A DNA stretch of 64,000 bases from Parvicellaceae bacterium (GCA_965230535.1 OZ246010.1:2102552-2166551), one strand, 5' to 3'. Shown: positions 48,145 through 58,114, counted from the stretch's first letter. Made by a program: numbers and translations. Notes: generated by a model not told the origin, from the letters alone.

Positions 48145-48583
48145 ATACACCCTCATTCTGCTTACGTTGAATGCGTGTTCTTTTCTGGAAAGCGAAACCA
48201 TAGAAATTCCGGAAAAACCCGACCTCAATCCAGACATTATGTATCACAAGGAGCCTGGGTTAATGCGCTTTGTTCAGGAGCTAAACCTGCCAGTGAAGGA
48301 CACCACTTTTCTGGTAATTGCCAATAACAAAACCTGTAACTGTGGTTCTGCTGGAATTAGGGAAGTAGACAGCATGGTAAAACGTCATGGTGACTACCCC
48401 AGAATTTGGGTTATGGAAGACAATGTGCCTACTTTCAGAGTCGCGCGCAAACCTGGAGACATCATCATTGACGGACGGAATTACGATATGAAATCCTATG
48501 GGTTTTCCAGCATCTACCCACAACTATTTACCTTCTACAAAGGCAAGCTCATCAAATACGACAAGCTTATGTATAAGCGCTAA
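48125..48583 (+). CDS. hypothetical lipoprotein
   Basis: Lipobox LTLNAC|S. 152 aa. Contains KTCNCGS. Confidence 0.45.
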   Translation: MTARIFKYTLILLTLNACSFLESETIEIPEKPDLNPDIMYHKEPGLMRFVQELNLPVKDTTFLVIANNKTCNCGSAGIREVDSMVKRHGDYPRIWVMEDNVPTFRVARKPGDIIIDGRNYDMKSYGFSSIYPQLFTFYKGKLIKYDKLMYKR

Positions 48584-48815
48584 AAATTCGATCTATTTCT
48601 TTGCTTAATGCGTGGTCTTTTTCGGTCACACGATATCCTTCATCATGTGTGCAGAGGCTAAAACTGATGTGCTTATAACCATGTACACAAAAGTCGGGAT
48701 GATGATCCTGCTCGTCACACACCCGAGTGAGTATATTCAGTTTATTGACTATGGCATTGAAGCTACTTAGTTCAAATTGTTTCTCGAGTCTATTGTTATT
48801 TTCTTTCCAGGACAT
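48567..48815 (-). CDS. phhB: pterin-4-alpha-carbinolamine dehydratase
   Basis: EQDHHPDF....H....SLCTHDEG matches the PCD/DCoH signature E-x3-HHP-x5-6-[YW/H]...H...D. 82 aa. Confidence 0.85.
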   Translation of the reverse strand: MSWKENNNRLEKQFELSSFNAIVNKLNILTRVCDEQDHHPDFCVHGYKHISFSLCTHDEGYRVTEKDHALSKEIDRIFSAYT

Positions 48816-48817
48816 CT

Positions 48818-49516
48818 TTATGCGGTTAATAGGTTCTTCATCGTTTCAATCGATTCAAATAAATCGTCAAATGAGTTGAGCACAAAGTACGCTTCCTGCA
48901 TCACATCATTTCTAAACGGTTCATTGAGCACAGTTTCTATTTCAAATGGAAGATGTTGCACTTCCTTACCCAGAGAACGGTTGGTTTCTCCGAAAGAAGA
49001 CATCAGTCCGGCTCCATAGACTTTTATATCGTCCTCTTTTATCAAGCCAAATTCTATGGTGTACCAGTACAAGCGTTGCAATTCAAGAACCCTTTGGGGT
49101 TGATCAATCACACTTAAACCCAGTTGACCAAATGCATGCATAAATTCTGAAAAAACCGGATCACAAAGTAAGGGTACGTGCCCAAAAATGTCGTGAAACA
49201 TATCTGGTTCTTCCAGGTAGTCCAGCTGCTCCCGGGAACGTAGCCAGGTGGAACTACAAAACTTCTTTTGGGCCAGTAAACCAAAAAAATCTTCTACAGG
49301 AATTAGACCGGGAACCACTTCTATTTGCCAAGCAGTTTCATGAGAAAACCATTCATTAATTCGCTCAAAGTTGGGCAGACAGTCGGCGTTAAGTACTGGC
49401 GACATTTTGTTTAGCGACAGCATATAGGTTTCCGAGCCTTTTTCTTGTAAGTTTTTGTATTGGCGGCTAAAAAGTGCCTGCCATACTTTAAGGTCTTCAG
49501 CCGTGTATTTGTCCAT
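48818..49516 (-). CDS. phhA: phenylalanine 4-hydroxylase (biopterin-dependent aromatic amino acid hydroxylase)
   Basis: The iron-binding 2-His-1-carboxylate signature is in PDMFHDIFGHVPLL. The phhA-phhB gene order matches the pterin-recycling operon. Start chosen at MDKYTAEDL. Confidence 0.85.
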   Translation of the reverse strand: MDKYTAEDLKVWQALFSRQYKNLQEKGSETYMLSLNKMSPVLNADCLPNFERINEWFSHETAWQIEVVPGLIPVEDFFGLLAQKKFCSSTWLRSREQLDYLEEPDMFHDIFGHVPLLCDPVFSEFMHAFGQLGLSVIDQPQRVLELQRLYWYTIEFGLIKEDDIKVYGAGLMSSFGETNRSLGKEVQHLPFEIETVLNEPFRNDVMQEAYFVLNSFDDLFESIETMKNLLTA

Positions 49517-49562
49517 GTTTTGTATCATCATTCATAGTTTTTACTGACAAAACAGAGGAACA

Positions 49563-49588
49563 CAAAAAAACCTCTGTCGCCAGAGGTT
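49563..49588 (-). terminator. candidate hairpin/terminator between the CHAT gene and phhA
   Basis: ACCTCTG(49570-49576)/CAGAGGT(49581-49587) stem, preceded on the plus strand by AAAAAAA, which is the T-run on the minus strand. Confidence 0.35.
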
Positions 49589-49737
49589 AATATTCAATTT
49601 CATAAGTAAACAAGACCTCTGCTACGCGTGAACCGCATAATAATAAGCAGAGTTATGTGACTTGTTAAACATGGGGCAAACATATTACAATTCAGGAATC
49701 AAAACAAATGAATCATTAATATCCTTTCTGAGAAGAA

Positions 49738-52700
49738 CTACCTCACCAGAACAAAAGCCGCCCAGAAGTAAGGATCATATTTTTGGCGCATCTCTTTTTG
49801 CACCTTTGTAAAGGCGTCTTCAATTGAATCTCCATTGCACAGATTCTCATAAAATGCTACCATGAATTCGCTGGTTTCTTTGTCGGGAACTTGCCATAAA
49901 CTCAGAATCATGTTGTCAACTCCAGCCATCATAAATGCCCTTTGCAGTCCGAACACGCCTTCACTTCCACTAACGTCCCCCAAGCCAGTTTCACAAGCAC
50001 TTAAAACAGTGAGATTGGTTTCGCTTAAATCGAGTAAAGAAATTTCATAAGCACTTAAAATCCCGTCTTCACCATCATTTTCGTTGGAGTTTGCACCAGC
50101 CAATACAAGCCCAGATCGTTTCATTGGATCTGCACTCTGACTGTACATTTGGCTAGAAGATCCTCTGAATACAACATCTTCGGTGATTTCTTCTGTATTC
50201 TGTACCATTTCTTCCGGGTCGGGATAGAAGAAACCATGTGATGCCAAATGAAGTACATCCGGCTTTTTCCTCATTAATGCATTTTTTAATGACTCTTCAG
50301 TTGCCGAGACATCCAGTAATAACTCATCTTTTAGCTGATGCGCCTTGATAATTTCATGAATCTTCTCAACCTCCTGTCTGGTGCCTTCCAAGTAAGCCCA
50401 ATCTCCATTTTCGTCTCCATAATTAACCCCTCCGATTAGCTCAAAAACCTGAAGCTTTTCCGTCGGAGCAGTGCCGGAAAAATGCGCAAGCGGATCGACT
50501 ATTTCCTGAAACTTAATGCTGTCTGACACATAGTGTCTACCGTCCACGGATAGCGCTGAAAATGCAATTTTATGCAGAATGCCACTTGGGGTGAAATACA
50601 CTTTGTCCGCCCCTGATAAATGATTTTTCAAGCTATCCAGCACAAACTGACCAAGTGAAAAATTTAAACGGCCGTTGTTACCATATAGTTTATCAATTCC
50701 CTTCTTTCGGGTGCTTGCAGTTTTATCAATTAAGTCCGTAAACTGATTCTCTGAGAATAGTTGAACGAATTCAGGTAGTTTTTTTCCGGAAGAATAGACC
50801 AGAGCATAGTATGCCTTATTGGCAGTTGTATCATTGGGCACGAAGGAAATAAACTGAATATATTTTTCATTGGATTTCAGTTTTTCCTGAATAAAATACT
50901 GATCTAGATCGGCCAGGTACAGACTATTTTCTCCCAGCTCTTCAGAAAGTTCCTTTTCGTTTGATCTGATCTCACTTTCAAGAGACTTGTAAGTCTCTGA
51001 CGATTCTGACAACCCTTCGTTGATTAAGCGAGACAATTGCTTTTTTGAATCCTGCCAGGCTTGGTATTTCTGTAACATGGTCTCATCTCCTGAGCGCTGG
51101 AGACTCACTTTAAGCCTGTCGTTAGACCTCAACAACATGGCAGATAACTGTAACTCCAACCTAACCAGCTTAGCAAAAAACTGAGGGTGTCTGTGCCTGT
51201 AAGAATACGCAAAACGTCTGAAAGCCGTTAGGCTCGCATTGTTTGATTTCAACCAATTGAGTTTCTCCTTTTCTGAGAAGTAGCTAAAGTTTCTTTCGAG
51301 CTCCTTGGTGTAAATTTCCATCACACGGCTATGCTCTTTATGGGCTTCTTCATGACGGTTCAAAAACACTAAAATCTGACCTTTACTCAAATAGGCGGTT
51401 TGCAATGAGAAGTGATTTTTGCCAAACTTATCCTCACGCAACTTGATGCCCTCATTAGCCATGTCCAGAGCTGTTTGAGGTTGTCCTGCAGCCAGATAAG
51501 TCATGGCTTTATTGTGTAAAGTCACTGCTACTGAACTCACATCCTTTCCAAGTCTTCTTTCCTCTTCGATGGATAGGTCGTAATAATGAAAAGCACTGTC
51601 CCATGCCCCTAAAACCCTGTAACTTTCCGCAAGGTTGTTGTATTCTGCAGACAAGTCTCGTTCTCTGGCCTGGCCTTTTCCAATTTGAATTGATTTTTGA
51701 AGAAGCACAATACTCTTACGGGCATAATCTATGATGTTGTCGACATTGTCTTCCTCCATTTGAGCGGCAAACAGAAATGCGGAAGCTTTGTTGTTCAAGA
51801 CTCCGGCCACTGCTGTGCTATTCTCGCCATATATTTCGGAATGAATGACAATGGCCTGATCGTATAATTCAGTCGCCTGATCAATTAAACCAATTTCCGC
51901 ATATACTTTAGCCCTGTTATCCAATACCCGGGCAAGATCCGGATGATTTTTTGGCAATTTTTCCTTGGCTATCTCATGCGCTTCCTGAAGGTGTTTTTCA
52001 GCTAAACCATAGTCGCCTATGGCCATGTAATTATTCGCCAGATTCACGTACGTAAACAGAAGGTCGGACGCCAGAAGGTTTGCGTTATCCGGATGTTTCT
52101 GAATTTTTAAGGCCAGTTGTAAATACTTTTCGGCATTGTCGTAATCACCTATCGCAATGTTAAACAGTCCGTAATTATTTAAGATGGTTGCTCTTTCCAG
52201 ATGATTGGTGCCGAAAGCATTTTTAGCCAGCTTCAGGGAGGTCTGATAGGTTTTTCTACAGTCAGCATAATTGAGGTCCTGAAATTGAATATTCGCCAAC
52301 GTATTCAGGGCGCGCGTATATTCTCTGGAGTTCCTGCCAGACGTGTTTTCTATAATTGGCAAAGCCTGGTTTACCAACTTATAAGACTCTTTGATGTCAT
52401 TTAACTCACTGCATACCTGAGATAAATACAACATGGTTGTTGCCCTGTTTGGGTGTTGTTCTCCCAGTACTTCAGCCTGACAGGACAAACAATTTTCCAA
52501 TACTTTCTTTGCCTCACCGTATTCTGCATAGGTAATGAGGTTCATGCCATATCTCTGTACGGCATTGCAATACCCTGCCTGACGTTTACCGTATGCTTTT
52601 TCCTGAAGATCAATGGCTTTCAGGTCAATTTTTTTAGCCGCATCATATTCGTTTAACCCAGCCAGAACTGTAGAATAATGACTTAATGTCACCGAATAGT

Positions 52701-53772
52701 TTGTCTGTGCACCTTCATCCAGATCCAGATCTTCATAAATCTGAATGGCTTTTTCCAGCCAGATTTTAGCCTGATCGAAAGCACCAACTTTCTCGTAAAC
52801 GGCTCCCAGATTCATAACCGACAAAGCATAATAATCGCTTTCTGTTTTATAAACCGACTCCTTAATCTCGAGCACTTTTTCGTACAGTTTTATTGCTTCA
52901 TCATACCTAGTGAGATTGTCTGCTGCAACAGCCAGATTGTTAAGTGCTGTGGCATGATCTGCTGTGCTTTCTCCAAAGACCTTTTTTGACAATCTGGAGG
53001 TTTCCTTAAACGTATTGTAAGCGGCTTCATCATTTCCAGCGTAGATATAGAATTCGCCAAGAGAATTAAGACTCAATACATACATTTGACTGGCTGCTCC
53101 GAAAGAAGTCTTCATTAAATCGCAGGCATTCACATAATACGGTTCCGCCTCTTCAAAACGGCCATTGGTAAAATAAAAAGAGGCCATTGTATTGGAGACC
53201 ACCAAACTCATGCTATCCAGAGGATCCCAGTTGTTTTTAGCGTAAGATTCTATCCATTTGTAGTTGCTTTCTGCTTCAGCGTTGGCCTGGATTCCGGCAT
53301 ACATATTCGCCATTTGCCAGCGGATACTCATCTCATTTTCATCATCCAAAATATTGAGATAGGTTTTGATTTTCAGAACGTGTTCCAAATGTGCACAGGC
53401 TCCTGCAAAATCTTCAGTATAACTGGAGTAGATGGCATTGTAGTAGACGATTTCTGCAAAATCAGCGGTCATGGTATCACCCATGTCCATCATGGCCGAT
53501 TGACACTTCTCACCTATCTCAACAGCAGATTGTGGCGCATTGGTCGCATAATAAAGGTAGGCTACATTCGCTGCAACATTGGTGTAGGCTGTATCCAGAT
53601 TACCTTTTTCCTCATAAATCTGCATGAGTTCGGTTCCGACAGAAATGGCTTTTTCGGAATCATCAGTACTAAGAAGATTTATAAAATCCTGATAGTTTGG
53701 TGTTTGCGACCAGCACAAATTCCCAACAAGGCAGAGAATGACAGACAGGATATGTGCTTTAGGGAATAACAA
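49738..53772 (-). CDS. secreted TPR-repeat protein with C-terminal CHAT (caspase-like) protease domain
   Basis: 1344 aa. Signal peptide MLFPKAHILSVILCLVGNLCWSQ. About 20 TPR units, a coiled-coil linker, then a CHAT His/Cys dyad: HLASHGFF and LSACETGLG. Confidence 0.85.
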   Translation of the reverse strand: MLFPKAHILSVILCLVGNLCWSQTPNYQDFINLLSTDDSEKAISVGTELMQIYEEKGNLDTAYTNVAANVAYLYYATNAPQSAVEIGEKCQSAMMDMGDTMTADFAEIVYYNAIYSSYTEDFAGACAHLEHVLKIKTYLNILDDENEMSIRWQMANMYAGIQANAEAESNYKWIESYAKNNWDPLDSMSLVVSNTMASFYFTNGRFEEAEPYYVNACDLMKTSFGAASQMYVLSLNSLGEFYIYAGNDEAAYNTFKETSRLSKKVFGESTADHATALNNLAVAADNLTRYDEAIKLYEKVLEIKESVYKTESDYYALSVMNLGAVYEKVGAFDQAKIWLEKAIQIYEDLDLDEGAQTNYSVTLSHYSTVLAGLNEYDAAKKIDLKAIDLQEKAYGKRQAGYCNAVQRYGMNLITYAEYGEAKKVLENCLSCQAEVLGEQHPNRATTMLYLSQVCSELNDIKESYKLVNQALPIIENTSGRNSREYTRALNTLANIQFQDLNYADCRKTYQTSLKLAKNAFGTNHLERATILNNYGLFNIAIGDYDNAEKYLQLALKIQKHPDNANLLASDLLFTYVNLANNYMAIGDYGLAEKHLQEAHEIAKEKLPKNHPDLARVLDNRAKVYAEIGLIDQATELYDQAIVIHSEIYGENSTAVAGVLNNKASAFLFAAQMEEDNVDNIIDYARKSIVLLQKSIQIGKGQARERDLSAEYNNLAESYRVLGAWDSAFHYYDLSIEEERRLGKDVSSVAVTLHNKAMTYLAAGQPQTALDMANEGIKLREDKFGKNHFSLQTAYLSKGQILVFLNRHEEAHKEHSRVMEIYTKELERNFSYFSEKEKLNWLKSNNASLTAFRRFAYSYRHRHPQFFAKLVRLELQLSAMLLRSNDRLKVSLQRSGDETMLQKYQAWQDSKKQLSRLINEGLSESSETYKSLESEIRSNEKELSEELGENSLYLADLDQYFIQEKLKSNEKYIQFISFVPNDTTANKAYYALVYSSGKKLPEFVQLFSENQFTDLIDKTASTRKKGIDKLYGNNGRLNFSLGQFVLDSLKNHLSGADKVYFTPSGILHKIAFSALSVDGRHYVSDSIKFQEIVDPLAHFSGTAPTEKLQVFELIGGVNYGDENGDWAYLEGTRQEVEKIHEIIKAHQLKDELLLDVSATEESLKNALMRKKPDVLHLASHGFFYPDPEEMVQNTEEITEDVVFRGSSSQMYSQSADPMKRSGLVLAGANSNENDGEDGILSAYEISLLDLSETNLTVLSACETGLGDVSGSEGVFGLQRAFMMAGVDNMILSLWQVPDKETSEFMVAFYENLCNGDSIEDAFTKVQKEMRQKYDPYFWAAFVLVR

Positions 53773-53778
53773 ATCAGT

Positions 53779-54054
53779 TTATTTTACATGGAGAACGTTC
53801 CTGTCTACATAAATCATCCCAAAAGGAATGAAAGACCCTAAAACTGCTTTGAAAGTGGTTGGATTGTCCCACTTAAAGGTCTCTCTCATCCACACAACTC
53901 CACCAATATATGCCACGAACAACACACCGTGAAGCATCCCCACAATTTTAACTGCTTCAGGGATATCCATGGCGTATTTAAGAGGCATGGCAACTAAAAC
54001 AAGAATTAAAAAGGAAATGCCCTCGGCCCAGGATAATAGTCTGAAGTTTTTCAT
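53779..54054 (-). CDS. DUF3817-family small membrane protein
   Basis: 91 aa with two to three TM helices. Pattern GISFLIL...PLKY...MLHGVLFVAYI. Sits 6 nt upstream of the CHAT gene on the same strand. Confidence 0.55.
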   Translation of the reverse strand: MKNFRLLSWAEGISFLILVLVAMPLKYAMDIPEAVKIVGMLHGVLFVAYIGGVVWMRETFKWDNPTTFKAVLGSFIPFGMIYVDRNVLHVK

Positions 54055-54169
54055 ACCGCTAAGTTACTGCATTTAGGGTTATTGGCGGGTGTTTTCGTTG
54101 GTGAATTCGGACAATGTTAAATTAATGTTACCTCAAAACGAAGGATTCCTGATTTCGGATCGTCCAAGT

Positions 54170-56446
54170 ATGAAACAAAACACACAAATGAAAAGATTTA
54201 TCCCTGCTTTCCTACTCACTTCTTTTTGTACCGGTCCACTATTCGCACAAGATTTCTACGACATGAGTTCTGTTCAATCCATAGAGATCTATTTCGCCCA
54301 AAGCAACTGGGATCAACTCCTGGATGCTGAAAAAGCCGGGAACGAAGACTACATTATGGCGGACAGTGTCATCTTAAACGGTACGGTCTTCGACAGTGTG
54401 GGTGTCAAGTACAAAGGCAACAGCACCTACAATGCCAATCAAACCAAAAATCCTTTTCATATTGAGTTGGACACCTATAAGTCTCAGGACTACCAGGGGT
54501 ACAAGGATATTAAGTTGAGTAACGTGGCCAAAGACCCGTCTTTCCTTAGAGAAGTATTGTCTTATCAAATCCTGAGACAATACATGCATGCGCCTAAATC
54601 TAATTTTGCCAATGTTTCTGTAAATGGCACCCTGATAGGTTTGTACAGCAACTCTGAGGCAATTACCAAGACCTTTATGGAGAGCAGAATTGCCGATAAA
54701 AACAACACCTTCTTTAAGTGCAATCCGCCTGACGGCGCAGGACCCGGAACCAATGATTACCCAAACCTGGTATACTTAGGAACGGATAGCTCATTCTATT
54801 ATGATGCCTATGAATTGAAGTCGGATTTTGGATGGGCAGACCTCATCAGTTTATGTGATTCTTTGGCAAACCAAATCAACGACATTGAGGACATTTTGGA
54901 TGTGGACCGTGTTATCTGGATGCATGCGTACAACAATGTTCTGGTGAATCTGGACAGCTATTCCGGTGGATTTACTCAGAACTACTATTTGTACAAAGAT
55001 GATTTCAATCGATTTATGCCAATTATCTGGGATTTAAATGAGTCGTTTGGCCGTTTTTCTTCAACCGGATCAGGGAACCTTACCAATACCACTTCCAAGC
55101 AACAAATGGATCATTTACTTCATGATGGAGATGCGAGTTATCCTTTAATCAGCCAGATTCTGAGCATTCCGGTTTATAAACGCATGTACCTGGCTCATTG
55201 CAAGACCATTTTACTCGAGAATTTTGACAACAATAGTTACTATTCTACAGGCCAAACACTTCAAACCTTAATTGATGGAGATGTGCAGGCAGATCCAAAC
55301 AAATTCTTTACTTACGCTAACTTTCTGGACAATCTTGATAATGACGTTTCTGCTGGCGGACCTGGAGGTACAACTCCCGGAATCGCCAATCTGATGAATG
55401 GACGAAATTCTTATTTACTTGGTCTTTCTGATTTTACAGTAACTGAACCGGAAATTACCAACGTGCTTGAATCCAATAGCTCGCCAAACATCAATGATGT
55501 TATAGACATTACTGCAGATATTTTAAATGAAACTGACGTCTTCTTTGCCTACAGATACGACAGTCTGGCACCTTTCCAAAAAGTAACTATGTACGATGAT
55601 GGGATGCACAATGATGGTGCTGCCGGAGACGGCACTTATGGCGCGAGTTTAAGTATGACCAATACCTATGCCCAGTATTATATCTATGCCGACAATAATG
55701 ACATTGGTAAATTTTCACCCGTTCGAGCAGAGCATGAGTTTTATGAAATTTTCACCGTAATACCACCAGTTGGCGATCTGGTGATTAATGAATTTCAAGC
55801 AGATAATGATGTGTCTGTGCTGGATCCTGCCGGTGAGTATGACGACTGGATTGAGCTTTACAATAATGGTTCGAGCAGCATTAATTTGGAAAACTACTAC
55901 TTGTCTGATGATGCCAGTGACCTGATGAAATTTCAGTTCCCGACAGGAGCGAGCATTGCTGCAGGAGATTACTACATAGTTTGGGCAGATAATGATTTAA
56001 CTCAATCGGGTATCCATGCGCCATTTAAACTCTCGTCTTCAGGTGAAATGTTATTCTTGTCTGATGCCTCAGGGCTTGTTGATCAGGTTGTGTTTGGTGC
56101 TCAAAATGCGGACGAAACTTATGGAAGGTATCCTAATGGAACAGGAAACTTTCAGGCCATGGTGCCAACCCACAGTGCTCAAAACAGTAATGTGCTGACG
56201 ATTTCAGATCCGGTTGATGAAAATCCAACATTTGTTCTTTATCCAAATCCTGCAGATGACAAATTGTACATTGACTTTGGTATTGCTCAAAACAAGGAAA
56301 CTTTGGTAAATATATTTGATGGACAGGGTAAATTGATGCTTAAAAAAAGCATGACTACCAATACCGTTATAGATGTGTCGTCCTTTGCTCCGGGAATGTA
56401 TTTTGCGGTAGTAGGGTCAAAAAGCGTGAAGGTAATTGTGCGCTAG
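54170..56446 (+). CDS. CotH kinase-family protein with lamin-tail domain and T9SS type A C-terminal domain
   Basis: Signal peptide MKQNTQMKRFIPAFLLTSFCTGPLFAQ. CotH core QNYYLYKDDFNRFMPIIWDLNESFG. LTD DLVINEFQADNDV...DDWIELYNNG...LENYYLSDD. C-terminal VLYPNPADDKLYIDF...GMYFAVV. Confidence 0.8.
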   Translation: MKQNTQMKRFIPAFLLTSFCTGPLFAQDFYDMSSVQSIEIYFAQSNWDQLLDAEKAGNEDYIMADSVILNGTVFDSVGVKYKGNSTYNANQTKNPFHIELDTYKSQDYQGYKDIKLSNVAKDPSFLREVLSYQILRQYMHAPKSNFANVSVNGTLIGLYSNSEAITKTFMESRIADKNNTFFKCNPPDGAGPGTNDYPNLVYLGTDSSFYYDAYELKSDFGWADLISLCDSLANQINDIEDILDVDRVIWMHAYNNVLVNLDSYSGGFTQNYYLYKDDFNRFMPIIWDLNESFGRFSSTGSGNLTNTTSKQQMDHLLHDGDASYPLISQILSIPVYKRMYLAHCKTILLENFDNNSYYSTGQTLQTLIDGDVQADPNKFFTYANFLDNLDNDVSAGGPGGTTPGIANLMNGRNSYLLGLSDFTVTEPEITNVLESNSSPNINDVIDITADILNETDVFFAYRYDSLAPFQKVTMYDDGMHNDGAAGDGTYGASLSMTNTYAQYYIYADNNDIGKFSPVRAEHEFYEIFTVIPPVGDLVINEFQADNDVSVLDPAGEYDDWIELYNNGSSSINLENYYLSDDASDLMKFQFPTGASIAAGDYYIVWADNDLTQSGIHAPFKLSSSGEMLFLSDASGLVDQVVFGAQNADETYGRYPNGTGNFQAMVPTHSAQNSNVLTISDPVDENPTFVLYPNPADDKLYIDFGIAQNKETLVNIFDGQGKLMLKKSMTTNTVIDVSSFAPGMYFAVVGSKSVKVIVR

Positions 56447-57315
56447 TTCAATTTCTTAACCACTCTAAATCCATGATTGGAAAATGAGGCACGCTTGTTA
56501 ACCGTTCCAATATCGTTTGAATTGAAAAAGTTGCAGGACGCACTTGAGCACCACCAGGAACCGCCTCTGGCGCAGGCCACGGCTTCATTGTCTTTCCAGA
56601 TTTCAGGTCGATCGGCACAAAACTCAAAACAATTGCCGTACATATCATACAGTCCCCAAGGATTGGCCTGGTAACTTTTAACCGGGCTTGTGTACAAGTA
56701 ATCTTCCTCTACCGTAACTTCTTTATGGGTCTCACTTTGCCAAATATTGGCATACAGATTCAGAGAATCCCTGCCTCCTTCAAAATGATAGGGTCCGGCT
56801 GTGTTTGCCCTACACGCAATTTCCCACTGGTCCACAGTAGGCAACTCTGCCTTCGCCCAGGCACAATACTTTTGAATGTCGTAATAGCTAATACAGGTTA
56901 CCGGATGGTCCATTTTTTCTTCGATACCTCCCTCCGCTTCACCAAAAGGAAATCGCCAGTTTGCCGTGGAATCCATTACCCATTTAAACTCGTCCAAACC
57001 AACATAGAAAGTCATGGCGTTTTTGAACCTTTCTGCTGTTGTTTGGTAGCCCGTTTCTTCAATAAATACCTGCCATTGGGCGTTTGTGATTTCCGCCTCA
57101 CTGATTAAAAATGATTCCGCTTCAACCTGTCTTTTTGGATTAATTCTGTGGTTTGTTTTACCGAGCTCATAAGTTCCGGCCGGAACCAGCACAAAGCCTT
57201 CGGGAATCTCATTTTTGTCACTTACTTTCTCCTGAAATTCCTCAGTTTTATTGTGACATGAGACCAGGCTGAAGCAGCATAGAACTATTAAACTAAGGCC
57301 GCATTTTCTGTGCAT
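56443..57315 (-). CDS. formylglycine-generating enzyme (SUMF1/FGE-sulfatase) family lipoprotein
   Basis: Lipobox SLVSC|H. FGE-sulfatase domain features: VPAGTYELG, AKAELPTVDQWEIACRA, RGGSWWCS, NHGFRVVK. Confidence 0.8.
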   Translation of the reverse strand: MHRKCGLSLIVLCCFSLVSCHNKTEEFQEKVSDKNEIPEGFVLVPAGTYELGKTNHRINPKRQVEAESFLISEAEITNAQWQVFIEETGYQTTAERFKNAMTFYVGLDEFKWVMDSTANWRFPFGEAEGGIEEKMDHPVTCISYYDIQKYCAWAKAELPTVDQWEIACRANTAGPYHFEGGRDSLNLYANIWQSETHKEVTVEEDYLYTSPVKSYQANPWGLYDMYGNCFEFCADRPEIWKDNEAVACARGGSWWCSSASCNFFNSNDIGTVNKRASFSNHGFRVVKKLN

Positions 57316-58114
57316 AATAGTCGTTTGCCATTTGCTTAATTTCCATCTCCATTTGATCGGTCAGTAATACGCCCGTATATTCCGTTTCGTAATTCTCGAA
57401 AAACTCAGAATTCTCATACCAGGTCTGGTATGCTTCAAATTCATCGTCCGCCATTAACTCCAAGAAGAAACTTAGGATGTAGTTATTATTGGTGTGATCG
57501 TACAGTTCAATCAAAAACGGGATTTTCTCGTATGCACCAAGGTTTCTCAGCTCTCTAAGGAAGGTATCCGAAATTTTATAGTTCATCTCTACACACTCGA
57601 ATATTCTATCCACTACAAATACTCTGTTTTCTCTGATAAAATCGGACTGACGTGTACTCATACTCGCTCCTGAATTGTCCCATGGCAAGCTTGAGAAAAG
57701 GTAATCGTCTCTATATGGAGCCGATTCGGCACACACCTGATCAAACCACTCCGGATATGCAAAGCAGTATACAAACTTCTCGTCTTGAGTTAGTCCGTTC
57801 CACTCGCTTTCCGAAATCATTTTAAACTCAGCCATTTCATCAAAGTCCTCTGACTCCGGACCTGGTGGTTCCTTAATCAAACCAGCCACTTTTTCAGACT
57901 CCATGCAAAGGATCGTTTCAGATAATTCTTCCGGTTCTTCCTCTTCTAGTTGATTGGTGATTTCTTCCTCCTTTTCATCACTCTCTTCTGCGGATTCTTT
58001 AGGCTCTTCTTCAACCTGAGATTCATTTTGAGTGGCTTCTTCTGTATCTTCTTTTTTCTCGGAACTACAAGAATATAACAGGGAAAGGGCAAGTACCCAG
58101 ACGATCTTTTTCAT
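57293..58114 (-). CDS. hypothetical lipoprotein with acidic low-complexity linker
   Basis: Lipobox LLYSC|S followed by an E/S-rich stretch of about 60 aa, then a globular domain with no recognisable motif. Confidence 0.5.
   Translation of the reverse strand: MKKIVWVLALSLLYSCSSEKKEDTEEATQNESQVEEEPKESAEESDEKEEEITNQLEEEEPEELSETILCMESEKVAGLIKEPPGPESEDFDEMAEFKMISESEWNGLTQDEKFVYCFAYPEWFDQVCAESAPYRDDYLFSSLPWDNSGASMSTRQSDFIRENRVFVVDRIFECVEMNYKISDTFLRELRNLGAYEKIPFLIELYDHTNNNYILSFFLELMADDEFEAYQTWYENSEFFENYETEYTGVLLTDQMEMEIKQMANDYYAQKMRP

Noticed and set aside
49589-49737. 150-nt spacer between the CHAT gene stop and the downstream hairpin as a possible small RNA
   Set aside because: It contains a weak 7-bp stem with a 24-nt loop, but no promoter-like element or conserved structure is recognisable. 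Evidence is insufficient.
49738-53772. TPR-CHAT protein as a CRISPR type III-E (Csx29-like) or CBASS component
   Set aside because: No cas genes, CRISPR repeats, cyclases or nuclease effectors anywhere in the window. The protein has a signal peptide and a far longer TPR region than Csx29. Treated as a stand-alone secreted CHAT protein.
56443-57315. FGE-sulfatase-domain lipoprotein as GldJ/GldK (PorK) of the gliding/T9SS machinery
   Set aside because: At 290 aa it is far shorter than GldK (about 470 aa) or GldJ (about 560 aa). No gldL/M/N neighbours.
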